Shown here: positions 45,444 through 54,386 of the stretch, piece after piece
How positions within the stretch are numbered: position 1 is the stretch's first letter
How the letters are laid out: each line of letters starts with the position of its first letter
Source of the DNA: Pseudomonadota bacterium
GTDB taxonomy: Bacteria > Pseudomonadota > Alphaproteobacteria > UBA1280 > RI-95
Direction of reading: 5' to 3'
DNA: 64,000 nucleotides
NCBI GenBank assembly: GCA_016125375.1
Contig: WGLU01000007.1
Location: 68,499-132,498 of the forward strand
Position numbers and translations under genes: made by a program
The notes under the pieces: model-generated
Told to the model about the DNA's origin: nothing
Databases searched by the model: none
The model's input: the letters and a program-made list of their open reading frames with translations, nothing else

Positions 45444-46691
45444 TTGCCCGTGACCGTTCGTGAAAATACGCTTTTGGCCTGGCGGGCCTCGGCCTTTATG
45501 CTGGGTGGCGCGTTGCCGCTGATTCTGATGGGCCGTGCCGTGATGGCTGTGTGGCTGTTGCTGGGTATTATTTTTGGCCTGATTGCCATGGGACAGGCCG
45601 CACTGAAAGCCGAAACCTGGACGTCTGCCCTCGGCACGACCGGTGTAAAGATTTGCGGTGTTGTTTTTTTGACTTACTCCGTATCCTGCGCGTTTTCCGT
45701 CGATCCTGTCTATTCCTATAGCCGCCTGCTGGAAGTGGGCGGATTGATGCTGGGTGGCCTGCTGCTGTTTGTTGTTTTGCGGGACATGCCTGCCCGCGCC
45801 CTCAACTACGGGCTGAAAATCATGGGCATTACGACGATTTTGATGATGGGTTTGTGTCTGGCGGATGCCTTTTCCAACAGCCAGCGCCTGAGCATGGGCC
45901 TGCATGGCAGCAAAAAATGGCAGAGCGACAGCCGTTTGAACTATATGAGCTCCGTTCTGGCCGTGCTGCTGCCTTACATGTGGGTGTGGTTGCACCGTAA
46001 ATGGCGCGACGGCGAATATGCCGCCCGCCTGCTGGCCATGCCACTGGCCGCGGCCGGATTCTTTACTGTATTTGCCTGTGGTGGCCGTGCCGGTTGGGTG
46101 GCTGCTGTGGTGGCAACAACGCTGTATCTGGTTTTGGGTGGCCGCTGGCACGGTCTGGTGCTGCACCGTCGTCACTGGCTGATGCTGCCGTTTATTCTGA
46201 TTGCCGGTCCGGTCGGCTACGGTATGTCCCGCGGGTGGGATGTGCTGTGGGGACGCCTGACGTTCTGGAACGAACCGAATGGTCTGGCTATGTCCGGCCG
46301 TGGGGAAATCTGGCGTTTTGCCGTTTCTCATCTGGGTGATAATCCGATTACAGGTATCGGGATGAATGCGTTCCGCAAGCTGGATATTCCGCAGGGGCTG
46401 GATCTGGCCTCCAATGCCCATCCGCATAACTTCCTGATTCAGCTGCTTTTGGAAACGGGCATTCTGGGCACGCTCCCTACATTGGCGCTTATTGGCTTGG
46501 TCTTGGCCTATCTGTGGCGGTATGCGCAGGTCAATCTGTACGGCCTTGCTGGTTTGTGCAGCGTGAGTGCCTTCCTGGTCGCATCGCTGGCGAATACATC
46601 TATCTTTCAGGCATGGTGGCTGGTGTTCTTTGTTTTTGGTGCCATTTTGGGTGTACGGCTGTGCCGGGTCGAGCGGAAGGCGGTGTCATGA
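45444..46691 (+). CDS. O-antigen ligase / Wzy_C-domain polytopic membrane protein
   Basis: About 10 TM helices and a periplasmic loop with NAHPHNFLIQLLLETGILG (the O-antigen ligase family AHN..LQ...E.G signature). Confidence 0.7.
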   Translation: MPVTVRENTLLAWRASAFMLGGALPLILMGRAVMAVWLLLGIIFGLIAMGQAALKAETWTSALGTTGVKICGVVFLTYSVSCAFSVDPVYSYSRLLEVGGLMLGGLLLFVVLRDMPARALNYGLKIMGITTILMMGLCLADAFSNSQRLSMGLHGSKKWQSDSRLNYMSSVLAVLLPYMWVWLHRKWRDGEYAARLLAMPLAAAGFFTVFACGGRAGWVAAVVATTLYLVLGGRWHGLVLHRRHWLMLPFILIAGPVGYGMSRGWDVLWGRLTFWNEPNGLAMSGRGEIWRFAVSHLGDNPITGIGMNAFRKLDIPQGLDLASNAHPHNFLIQLLLETGILGTLPTLALIGLVLAYLWRYAQVNLYGLAGLCSVSAFLVASLANTSIFQAWWLVFFVFGAILGVRLCRVERKAVS

Positions 46692-47758
46692 CGGCACCCC
46701 TGCGCGTTACCCAGATTGTTGGCAGCGAAGGCCCGGGCGGGGCCGAAGCTTTTTTTGTACGCCTTGTCCGTGCCCTGCACGAGGTGGATGACAAAATCCT
46801 GCAACAGCAGGTGATTGTGCGTGATGGCTCGTGGATTGCCAGCCGCATGCGGGAGCTGAACATCCCGCACCAGACAGCCCGTTTTGGCGGCATGTTCGAC
46901 TTTAAAACCCGTCCCGAGCTGGAGAAGATGATTGCCGACTTCGGCCCCCATATCGTCCAGACGTGGATGAACCGCGCCAGCCGGTTCCTGCCCAAATTGA
47001 CGGTGCCCACTGTCGGCCGCCTTGGCGGGTATTACAAGCTCAAGTACTACAAGCGCTGCAATCACCTCATTGGCAATACGACAGACATCTGTGCGTACAT
47101 CAAAAAATCGGGCTGGCCCGAGGACAAAGTGAGCTACGTGCCCAACTTTGTTGACCTGCCGCCGGAGGGGTTCGAGGATTACCGCCTCGACGTGCGGGAG
47201 GAGTACGGCATTGACTCCCAGACGCGTCTGCTGGTGATGGCAGCCCGCCTGCACGAGAACAAGGGGGTGGACATTGCCCTCTATGCCCTGAGCATGTTGC
47301 CGGATAATGTGCACCTGCTGATAGCGGGGACGGGGCCCGAAGAGGCCAACCTGCGCGCAGCGGTGGAAGCGGACGACTTGAGCAAGCGCGTCCATTTTGC
47401 CGGCTGGGTGAACCAGATGACCCCGCTGTTTGCGGCCGCGGATATTTTCCTGGTACCGTCGCGCATCGAGCCGCTGGGCAACGTGGTGCTGGAAGCCTGG
47501 GCCCATAAGCTGCCTGTTGTTGCCACCATGACGCCGGGCCCCAAAAGCCTGATACGCGACGGCGAAACCGGTCTGCTGGTCCCCGTGGAAGACGAAAAGG
47601 CGCTGGCCCGCGCAGTTGAGAAACTGCTGAACGACGATGGCCTGTCGAGCCGTATGGCTGAGGCCGGACTGCATGAGGTGAAACGCCATTTTGCCCAATC
47701 TGCCGTGGTGGAAGAATACCTGCGGCTGTACCGTAAGCTGGCAGCGCAGGAGCAGTAG
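46688..47758 (+). CDS. Glycosyltransferase family 4 (GT-B, group 1)
   Basis: C-terminal EPLGNVVLEAWAHKLPVVAT...GETGLLV is the GT4 E-x7-E signature. The start overlaps the upstream stop (ATGA). Confidence 0.8.
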   Translation: MTAPLRVTQIVGSEGPGGAEAFFVRLVRALHEVDDKILQQQVIVRDGSWIASRMRELNIPHQTARFGGMFDFKTRPELEKMIADFGPHIVQTWMNRASRFLPKLTVPTVGRLGGYYKLKYYKRCNHLIGNTTDICAYIKKSGWPEDKVSYVPNFVDLPPEGFEDYRLDVREEYGIDSQTRLLVMAARLHENKGVDIALYALSMLPDNVHLLIAGTGPEEANLRAAVEADDLSKRVHFAGWVNQMTPLFAAADIFLVPSRIEPLGNVVLEAWAHKLPVVATMTPGPKSLIRDGETGLLVPVEDEKALARAVEKLLNDDGLSSRMAEAGLHEVKRHFAQSAVVEEYLRLYRKLAAQEQ

Positions 47759-47761
47759 GCC

Positions 47762-49534
47762 ATGTGCGGTATCGGGGGTGTTGTCCTCTCCGGGGGGCGG
47801 GCAGTAAAGCGGGATGTGCTGGAGCGTCTGGGCGATGCCATGGCCCACCGCGGTCCTGACGGCGAGGGGTACTTTGCCAAGAACAACGTCGGCCTTGTTC
47901 ACCGCCGATTGAGCATCATCGACCTTGCGGGCGGCGCCCAACCGATTGCCACCCAAAAGGGCGATATGCAGATTGTCTGCAATGGCGAGATCTATAACTA
48001 CCGCCCCTTGCAGGATGACATCGAAAAGCAGGGCATCACCCTGACCACCCGTTCGGACAGCGAGGTACCCATGTACCTCTACCGCAAGCACGGACTGGAT
48101 TTTGTGACCTATCTGGACGGCATGTACGCCCTTGCCCTGTACGATGATACGACGGGCGATGTGGTGCTGGCACGCGACCCTGTAGGCATCAAACCGCTTT
48201 ATTACTGCCAGATTGACGCCGGCATCGCCTTCGCGTCCGAAGCCGGGGCACTGGTGCGGGCTGGCTGGTGCGCGTCGGAAGTGAATCCCGCAGCGTGGCC
48301 GTCGTTCTTCAACCGCCAGTTTGTGGGCGGCCAGCAGACGTTGTTCAAAAACATCCACCGCGTCATGCCGGGCGAGGTTCTGCTTATCCGCGACGGTAAA
48401 ATTGCCGAGCGCAAGAGCTATCCTCTGGAGCTGAATCCGCCGCACCGGATGACGGAGGCGGATGCCCTCGACCAGCTGGACGAGGTGATGAGCAAGGCTG
48501 TGACCACGCATTTACAGTCCGAGGTGCCTTACGGGGCTTTCCTGTCCGGCGGGGTGGACTCGTCCACTGTTGTGTCGCTGATGTGCGACATCGACCCCAA
48601 TACCGTGCGCACCTACACAGTGGGTTTTAATAGCACCACCGTCAGCGACGAGCGTGCGCTGGCTTACCGCCTGGCCGCCAAGCTCAAGACCGACCATGCG
48701 ACGGTGAGCTTTAGCGAAGAAGATTTCTGGACCTATCTGCCCATTATGTGCACGGTCATGGACGACCTTGTGGCCGACTACGCCGCCTTGCCGACACTCA
48801 AACTGGCTGCCCGGGCGAGCGAGGATGTGAAGGTGATTCTGTCCGGCGAAGGCGGGGACGAGATTTTTGCCGGCTACAGTCGTTACCGCCGTGGCGGCTG
48901 GCTGGATACGCTGCGTGGCCGTACCTTTGGCGGGCGTGGCGATGCGGCCGATTATGCCGGCCTCTTCCGCGATGATTATGTGGCCCACTGGCGGGGCAGG
49001 GACAGGCAGAACCTGTTTCCGGATGCGGGTTTTACCCAGCTCCAGCACTATCAGGCCTGCGACATGGCGGACTGGTTGCCCGATGATTTGCTCACCAAGG
49101 TTGACCGCTCGCTGATGGCATATGGCATTGAAGGACGTGTACCGCTGCTCGACCGCCATGTGGTGGGCTTTGCCTTTGCCTTGCCCGACGCGCTCAAAGT
49201 GCAGGGGCGGCAGGGTAAATATCTGCTGAAAAAATGGCTGGACAAACGCCACCCAATGCTTGGTGTATGGGAGAAAAAGCGCGGTTTTACCGTACCCGTA
49301 CAGGTGTGGCTGGAAAGCCGACGCAGACGTATCGCCGCGTATCTGCTGGAGCATCCGGGTATCGCTCAGGCTCTGATGGTGGAAGACCTTAAAACCTGGC
49401 TGGCCGAACCGTTGGACAAGAAAGGCGCCAAGCTCCTGTTCACCATTTTGTGTTATGCCCTGTGGCACGATATTTACATCCTTGGCCGCCCGCTGCCCGA
49501 GCGGCTGTTAAACCCTGCGCGAAACGCTGGATAA
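47762..49534 (+). CDS. Asparagine synthetase (glutamine-hydrolysing)-family amidotransferase
   Basis: N-terminal MCGIGG (class II GATase nucleophile Cys2). Central PP-loop SGGVDSS. 590 aa. It sits in a polysaccharide-type gene context. Confidence 0.85.
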   Translation: MCGIGGVVLSGGRAVKRDVLERLGDAMAHRGPDGEGYFAKNNVGLVHRRLSIIDLAGGAQPIATQKGDMQIVCNGEIYNYRPLQDDIEKQGITLTTRSDSEVPMYLYRKHGLDFVTYLDGMYALALYDDTTGDVVLARDPVGIKPLYYCQIDAGIAFASEAGALVRAGWCASEVNPAAWPSFFNRQFVGGQQTLFKNIHRVMPGEVLLIRDGKIAERKSYPLELNPPHRMTEADALDQLDEVMSKAVTTHLQSEVPYGAFLSGGVDSSTVVSLMCDIDPNTVRTYTVGFNSTTVSDERALAYRLAAKLKTDHATVSFSEEDFWTYLPIMCTVMDDLVADYAALPTLKLAARASEDVKVILSGEGGDEIFAGYSRYRRGGWLDTLRGRTFGGRGDAADYAGLFRDDYVAHWRGRDRQNLFPDAGFTQLQHYQACDMADWLPDDLLTKVDRSLMAYGIEGRVPLLDRHVVGFAFALPDALKVQGRQGKYLLKKWLDKRHPMLGVWEKKRGFTVPVQVWLESRRRRIAAYLLEHPGIAQALMVEDLKTWLAEPLDKKGAKLLFTILCYALWHDIYILGRPLPERLLNPARNAG

Positions 49535-49590
49535 TCCCCGTGCGCGCATGTACAATGCGGTGACCTGCAAGACAAAGACGGAGATGCCCC

Positions 49591-49830
49591 GTGGCTGAGA
49601 CAAAAAGCCAAAGCTTTGAAGAAGCGATGAAAACCCTTGAAGGGCTGGTGACCCAGTTGGAGAAGGGGGATATGTCCCTTGACGAAGCTCTTGCTGCGTT
49701 CGAGAAAGGCGTTGCCTTGCACGGCGTTTGCCAGAAAAAACTGCGCGAAGCCGAAATGCGCGTCGAAAAAGTACTGGCCGCACAGGACGGTCAGGTAACC
49801 ACTCAACCGTTCGAGACGGAAAACCGCTGA
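49591..49830 (+). CDS. xseB: Exodeoxyribonuclease VII small subunit
   Basis: SFEEAMKTLEGLVTQLEKGDMSLDEALAAFEKGVAL is the XseB helical hairpin. 79 aa. Confidence 0.85.
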   Translation: MAETKSQSFEEAMKTLEGLVTQLEKGDMSLDEALAAFEKGVALHGVCQKKLREAEMRVEKVLAAQDGQVTTQPFETENR

Positions 49831-50789
49831 TGACACATCTGACACCTGTAGAGGGTAACTCCCGTATGATCCGCATGGATGCCGACGAGATTCAGGAACT
49901 GGAGGCCTATGCCAACACCATTTCCGCTGCGGTGGAAGAAGAGCTGGATACGCTCCTGCCGAACGTGGATGGTAACGAGGAAGACCGCCTGTTCGAAGCC
50001 ATGCGCTACAGTGTGTTCGCTGGCGGTAAGCGTGTGCGCCCGCTGCTGATTATGGCCACCAACGAAATTATGGGCGGCAACAAAAAGCGCGCCATGCGTG
50101 TGGCTGCGGCGATGGAATGCCTGCACACCTACTCCCTGATTCATGACGACTTGCCCTGCATGGACGACGACGACCTGCGCCGCGGCAAGCCGACCTGCCA
50201 CATCCAGTTTGACGAAGCCACCGCCGTTTTGGCTGGCGACGCCTTGCTGACCATGACGTTCGAGATTCTCTCTGACGTGGATACCCACCCGGACCCGAAC
50301 GTCCGTATGCGCCTTGTGGCCCTGTTTGCCGAGGCGGCCGGCGCCCGCGGTATGGTGGGCGGCCAGATGATGGATATGCTGGCTGAGCAGCATGGCAAAA
50401 AAGACTTTGACCAAGGGGCTCTGGCCCGTTTGCAACGGAAGAAAACCGGTGCTTTGTTCTCTGCCAGCTGCGAGGCTGCGCTGATTCTGAACGGCGGTAC
50501 CCGTGACGAGTTCCACCGCTTTACCTCGTACGCCAAGAACCTCGGCCTTGCCTTCCAAATGGTGGACGATGTGCTGGACGAGGTGGGTGACGAAGCCAAA
50601 CTTGGCAAACGCACGAAAAAAGACGCTGGCCGTGGCAAGGCAACCTTTGCCCGTCTGTTGGGCGTTGACGGTGCAAGCCGTCAGGCGGAGTTTCTGGTTC
50701 AGCAGGCTGTCGATTACCTGCGACCTTTCCACAACAAGGCCCGTGTGTTGGACCTGCTGGCACGTTTTGTGGTCTGTCGTACCCACTAA
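49830..50789 (+). CDS. ispA: Polyprenyl (farnesyl/geranylgeranyl) diphosphate synthase
   Basis: First DDxxD motif LIHDDLPCMDDDDLRRG and second FQMVDDVLD. The start at MTHLTPV overlaps the xseB stop by 1 nt. The ORF track's N-terminal extension was rejected. Confidence 0.85.
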   Translation: MTHLTPVEGNSRMIRMDADEIQELEAYANTISAAVEEELDTLLPNVDGNEEDRLFEAMRYSVFAGGKRVRPLLIMATNEIMGGNKKRAMRVAAAMECLHTYSLIHDDLPCMDDDDLRRGKPTCHIQFDEATAVLAGDALLTMTFEILSDVDTHPDPNVRMRLVALFAEAAGARGMVGGQMMDMLAEQHGKKDFDQGALARLQRKKTGALFSASCEAALILNGGTRDEFHRFTSYAKNLGLAFQMVDDVLDEVGDEAKLGKRTKKDAGRGKATFARLLGVDGASRQAEFLVQQAVDYLRPFHNKARVLDLLARFVVCRTH

Positions 50790-50800
50790 TGCATTGAAGC

Positions 50801-50838
50801 AAAATAAAAACCCCCGCCGTGTGGCGGGGGTTTGTTCG
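50801..50838. terminator. Bidirectional rho-independent terminator (A10-CCCCCGCC-GTGT-GGCGGGGG-TTTGTT)
   Basis: Lies between convergent ispA (+) and the Sel1-repeat gene (-). The 8-bp GC stem is flanked by an A-run and a T-run. Confidence 0.8.
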
Positions 50839-50839
50839 T

Positions 50840-51829
50840 TTATTTCTTGGAGATGCTCTCCAGCAGCGTCTTCAGCTCCTGACGCTGGTCGTAGGTCATC
50901 TTGCTTTTCAGGTTATCCAGTTTGACCTGAATGTAGGCCTCGTCACCGGGGACGAGCCTGAACCACAGCCATGCCTTGACCAGGTCACCTGTATTGTCGA
51001 AATACAGGGCCATGTCGGAGCAGAGCTTTTTGGTATTCACGTTCATGCCTTCGGGGACACTGAAGCCGCGCTTGGTGCGCAGCATGTCCACGATCATGGT
51101 GTGGGCGCGGGGTTTGTCTTCCGCCGTGCCGCGGCCATATGCGTACATGAATGCGAGCATACCTTCCAAGCCGTCGATGCCGGCATCAACCCCTTCGCGG
51201 GCGAGAGTGAAGGCCAGCATGTCATCGGACGGCAGGTCTTTACCTTTCAGCAGCTCGGCGACGAGGATTTTTGGTGCCTGCGGATGGCCGCTATAGACAG
51301 CCTTCAGATACAGGCGCGTTGCCTTGGTGGGGTTTTTATCCGTGCCGATGCCCAGCATCAGGCAGCGGGCAGCTTCGGCAAGGCCGAACATGTTGTCCGC
51401 CTGAGCGGATTTTTCGTACCAGCCGAAGGCGGTCCGGGCATCTGCCGGGCAGGCGATGCCGTTTTCGATGTAGTAACCGAGAATGGTCATGGCCATGCCG
51501 TCACCGGTCTGGGCATGTTCCCAGACGCGTTTGAACAGCGCTTCGGCTGAGAGCGGTTCCGGTGCCGGAGCGGCGGCGGCAGCTTCAGGCTCGGCGGCCT
51601 TCGGGGTCGGGGGTGCTTCGAGCTGGAGGCCCTTTTCGGCCAGCAGCGCATCGACCCACGGGGCGAGCTTGGTGTCGCTGTTGCGGGCAAGCCAGAGCCA
51701 GCGGGTGGCCTCGACTTCGCGGTCGGGACCGAAGGCACCGGTCAGATAGGCAACGCCAAGGGCGTACATACTGGGGCCGTGGCCCACGCGTGCTTTGAAG
51801 AGGAGGTCCTCTTCGCGCTTGTTGGTCAT
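50840..51829 (-). CDS. Sel1-like repeat (SLR/TPR-like) protein with Ala/Pro-rich linker
   Basis: Repeated Sel1 units (YALGVAYLTGAFG...; GWYEKSAQADNMFGLAEAARCLMLGIGTDKNPTKA...). A linker PPTPKAAEPEAAAAAPAPEP is present. Start at MTNKREEDL. Confidence 0.65.
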   Translation of the reverse strand: MTNKREEDLLFKARVGHGPSMYALGVAYLTGAFGPDREVEATRWLWLARNSDTKLAPWVDALLAEKGLQLEAPPTPKAAEPEAAAAAPAPEPLSAEALFKRVWEHAQTGDGMAMTILGYYIENGIACPADARTAFGWYEKSAQADNMFGLAEAARCLMLGIGTDKNPTKATRLYLKAVYSGHPQAPKILVAELLKGKDLPSDDMLAFTLAREGVDAGIDGLEGMLAFMYAYGRGTAEDKPRAHTMIVDMLRTKRGFSVPEGMNVNTKKLCSDMALYFDNTGDLVKAWLWFRLVPGDEAYIQVKLDNLKSKMTYDQRQELKTLLESISKK

Positions 51830-51946
51830 GGGAACATCCAAAGAGGGGGGACGGGAAAAGGGGACAGGTGCAGCAAACAATACCGCCGAGTATACACAGG
51901 CTGCGACAGCATGGTCAAGGCGGGCAAATTAAGCTATACAGGTAGC

Positions 51947-52684
51947 ATGACACACAGACTGGATATATACCTCGTCAACAATGGCATGGCCCGCAGCCGT
52001 GCCCGCGCGCGCGAGCTGGTTGAGGCCGGACATGTGCAGGTTAACGGTACAGTGCCGAAGAAAGCCTCTTTTGTGGTTGAGGACGGTGCAGAGGTTGTGC
52101 TGCTGCAAGAGGATCATCCCTACGTCTCCCGCGGGGCCTTCAAGCTGCTGGCCTTGCTTGAGGCAGCGCCGAAGTTGGCGCTCAAAGGCAAGGATGTCCT
52201 TGATTTGGGTGCGTCGACCGGCGGCTTTACGCAGGTTGCTCTGGAAAAGGGCGCTGGCCTTGTGTATGCGCTGGATGTGGGTACAGGGCAGTTGGATGCC
52301 AGCCTTGCCCGTCTGAAGCAAGTCATCAATCTGGAAAAAACAGACGCACGCGACCTCGATGGCGTGGATTTTGACCCTGCGCCCACTGTATTGGTCGGGG
52401 ATATCAGCTTTATCAGCCTGACCAAGGTACTGCCCTCCGTATTTGGGCGCCTGCCGGAGCTGCGCCAGCTGGGGTTGCTGGTTAAGCCGCAGTTCGAGCT
52501 CCAGCCGGAGGATATCGGCAGCGGCGGTCTGGTCAAAGACCCCGAGAAACACACCCGCGCCTGTGAAAGTGTTAAAGCCTGTGTAGAAGCACACGGGTTT
52601 AGCGTGCGCGTGCTGGTGCCGTGCCCGCTCAAAGGTGGCGATGGGAATCAGGAGTTCCTGCTGTACGCGGAAAAAAGCGCATGA
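51947..52684 (+). CDS. tlyA: TlyA-family rRNA 2'-O-methyltransferase (haemolysin A-like)
   Basis: N-terminal S4 domain (RLDIYLVNNGMARSRARARELVEAGHVQVNG). FtsJ-like MTase with LDLGASTGGFTQVAL. Confidence 0.85.
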   Translation: MTHRLDIYLVNNGMARSRARARELVEAGHVQVNGTVPKKASFVVEDGAEVVLLQEDHPYVSRGAFKLLALLEAAPKLALKGKDVLDLGASTGGFTQVALEKGAGLVYALDVGTGQLDASLARLKQVINLEKTDARDLDGVDFDPAPTVLVGDISFISLTKVLPSVFGRLPELRQLGLLVKPQFELQPEDIGSGGLVKDPEKHTRACESVKACVEAHGFSVRVLVPCPLKGGDGNQEFLLYAEKSA

Positions 52685-53670
52685 TGACGCCAGAAGAACA
52701 GATAGATTTTTCCAAGCTTTCCGCATGGATATTGTCCGACGGCAAGGCAGGGCATTTGAACCAGAGCATCGGCGTGGCCGAGGCGCTGGGGGTGCCGTAT
52801 ACCGTTGTACCGGTCCGGCAAAAAGCATGGGCACCGCTGGTGCGCTGGGCCGACCCGTTTTGGGGGGTGGAGGCTGACTTCCCTGCGGGCAGGCCGGATA
52901 TTCTGTTGGCGACAGGTAACGCGACCGTTGGTCTGGCGCGCGGCATCAAGGTACGGGACCCCAACATTTTTACCGTGCAGATGATGCGCCCGCGTGGCGG
53001 TATTTTCCCGTTTGATGTGGTGGCTGTGCCTGCCCATGACCGCGTGGAGGAAACCGACAAAGTGGTGGTTACTGCCGGTGCCCCGAACCGGGTGACGGTT
53101 GAAGGGCTAGCCGCCGCAGCTGCCGTCTGGACTGATAAATTGGCCTTTACCGGTGTACGCAGGCTGGGCGTGTTGATAGGCGGCACATCCAAACATGCGG
53201 CGTTTACGGTAGCCGATGCCCGGGCACTGGCTGCGGATGTGCTGGCCCTGAAGAAAGCGGGCGGTTTTGGTCTGCTGGTAACCGTATCACGCCGGACGGG
53301 TGATGCGCAAACAACAGTTCTAAAAGAGCTTCTTTCTGGTCCGGATGTGTTCTTCTGGGATGGGGAAGGGGAAAACCCCTATCAGGGGATTCTGGCTCTG
53401 TCCGACGCGCTGGTGGTGACAGCGGATTCGGTTTCCATGGTGTCGGAAGGGTGCAGTGCCGGTAAGCCTGTCCATGTTTTTGGGCTGAGCCATTATAACA
53501 AGGGCAAGTTCGCCCGATTCTATCATCTGCTGGCAAAACAGGGGCGGATTGCGCCGCTCGGCAGCGCGCTTTTTGAGGCGCCGGAGACGCCATTGGCGGA
53601 TGCCATGCGGGTGGCCGGATTCATCCGTGCCCGTTACCTGCGCCATTATTTGATTCATCATGCCGCCTAG
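52681..53670 (+). CDS. ELM1/GtrOC1-like (mitochondrial fission ELM1 family, DUF1022) putative glycosyltransferase-fold protein
   Basis: LSDGKAGHLNQSIGVAEALG at the N-terminus is typical of the ELM1 family. The start overlaps the tlyA stop (ATGA). Confidence 0.6.
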   Translation: MMTPEEQIDFSKLSAWILSDGKAGHLNQSIGVAEALGVPYTVVPVRQKAWAPLVRWADPFWGVEADFPAGRPDILLATGNATVGLARGIKVRDPNIFTVQMMRPRGGIFPFDVVAVPAHDRVEETDKVVVTAGAPNRVTVEGLAAAAAVWTDKLAFTGVRRLGVLIGGTSKHAAFTVADARALAADVLALKKAGGFGLLVTVSRRTGDAQTTVLKELLSGPDVFFWDGEGENPYQGILALSDALVVTADSVSMVSEGCSAGKPVHVFGLSHYNKGKFARFYHLLAKQGRIAPLGSALFEAPETPLADAMRVAGFIRARYLRHYLIHHAA

Positions 53671-53760
53671 GGGTTGATATTCCTGTTCCCCCTGCCCATG
53701 TAACGGCGGTAGTTCCCTACACTTCTTTCCTTTTCTTATCTTTCTACGAGGAACACCATC

Positions 53761-54123
53761 ATGTCCTTCGGTCGCTTCTTCACCGGTGTCGTCATCACGA
53801 TACTGCTTCTGCTTGGTGCCCCGTACCTGAGCACCATCGTCCCCATCGCAACCGTCGCCGCGCTCGCCCTCTACGGCGCGTACTTCGTCGGTTGCCTGCG
53901 GCTGCCCGCCGTCCTCACCGATCGGGTGATGGACGACGCGCCTCTGGACGAGCTCGAGAACATCGTCAAGGCCGAAAAGCTGGGCCTGCCCGGCTATGGC
54001 CTCGTCCTCTGCCGCGAGGTTTTCGGCGTGGCGTTCATCGCCGCGGCGATGGGCGCGGTCATCTGGGGCGGCGGTTCGCTGCTGATCCATCTGGGCGTCA
54101 TCACCGTCACCTACACGGGCTGA
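53761..54123 (+). CDS. Small hypothetical membrane protein (120 aa, 3-4 TM)
   Basis: Hydrophobic ORF with strongly GC3-rich codons, followed by a strong terminator. Confidence 0.5.
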   Translation: MSFGRFFTGVVITILLLLGAPYLSTIVPIATVAALALYGAYFVGCLRLPAVLTDRVMDDAPLDELENIVKAEKLGLPGYGLVLCREVFGVAFIAAAMGAVIWGGGSLLIHLGVITVTYTG

Positions 54124-54143
54124 CGTTCCAGCAACAAACGAGA

Positions 54144-54172
54144 AAGCACCGCCGCAAGGCGGTGCTTTTTTT
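54144..54172 (+). terminator. Rho-independent terminator (AAGCACCGCC-GCAA-GGCGGTGCTT + T7)
   Basis: A 10-bp stem 21 nt after the stop at 54123. Confidence 0.8.
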
Positions 54173-54386
54173 ATGGGGTCAGAATAAAGGGGCTTTATAA
54201 AAGCGCACCGCCCCTCCGAAGAGGGGCGGTTCCAGAAGGCCGACCTGTTCAAGGGTCTCGGCCACCGCGCCACACAGGGAGTTACCTACTTTAGTTGTTT
54301 CGGTCGCTCAACCCGGGCGCAGATCACGGGCGCAAGTATTAAACTGGGCCTTGTTTACCCAATTTGCAACCCTGATGCAACAAAAA

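Noticed and set aside
46607-48511. 634-aa antisense ORF spanning the GT4 and asnB genes
   Set aside because: It spans two sense genes with strong family signatures and has a low-complexity translation.
49728-49829. 5' extension of the ispA ORF overlapping xseB
   Set aside because: The extension is out of frame with xseB and Arg-rich. ispA has a start at 49830 with stop/start coupling to xseB.
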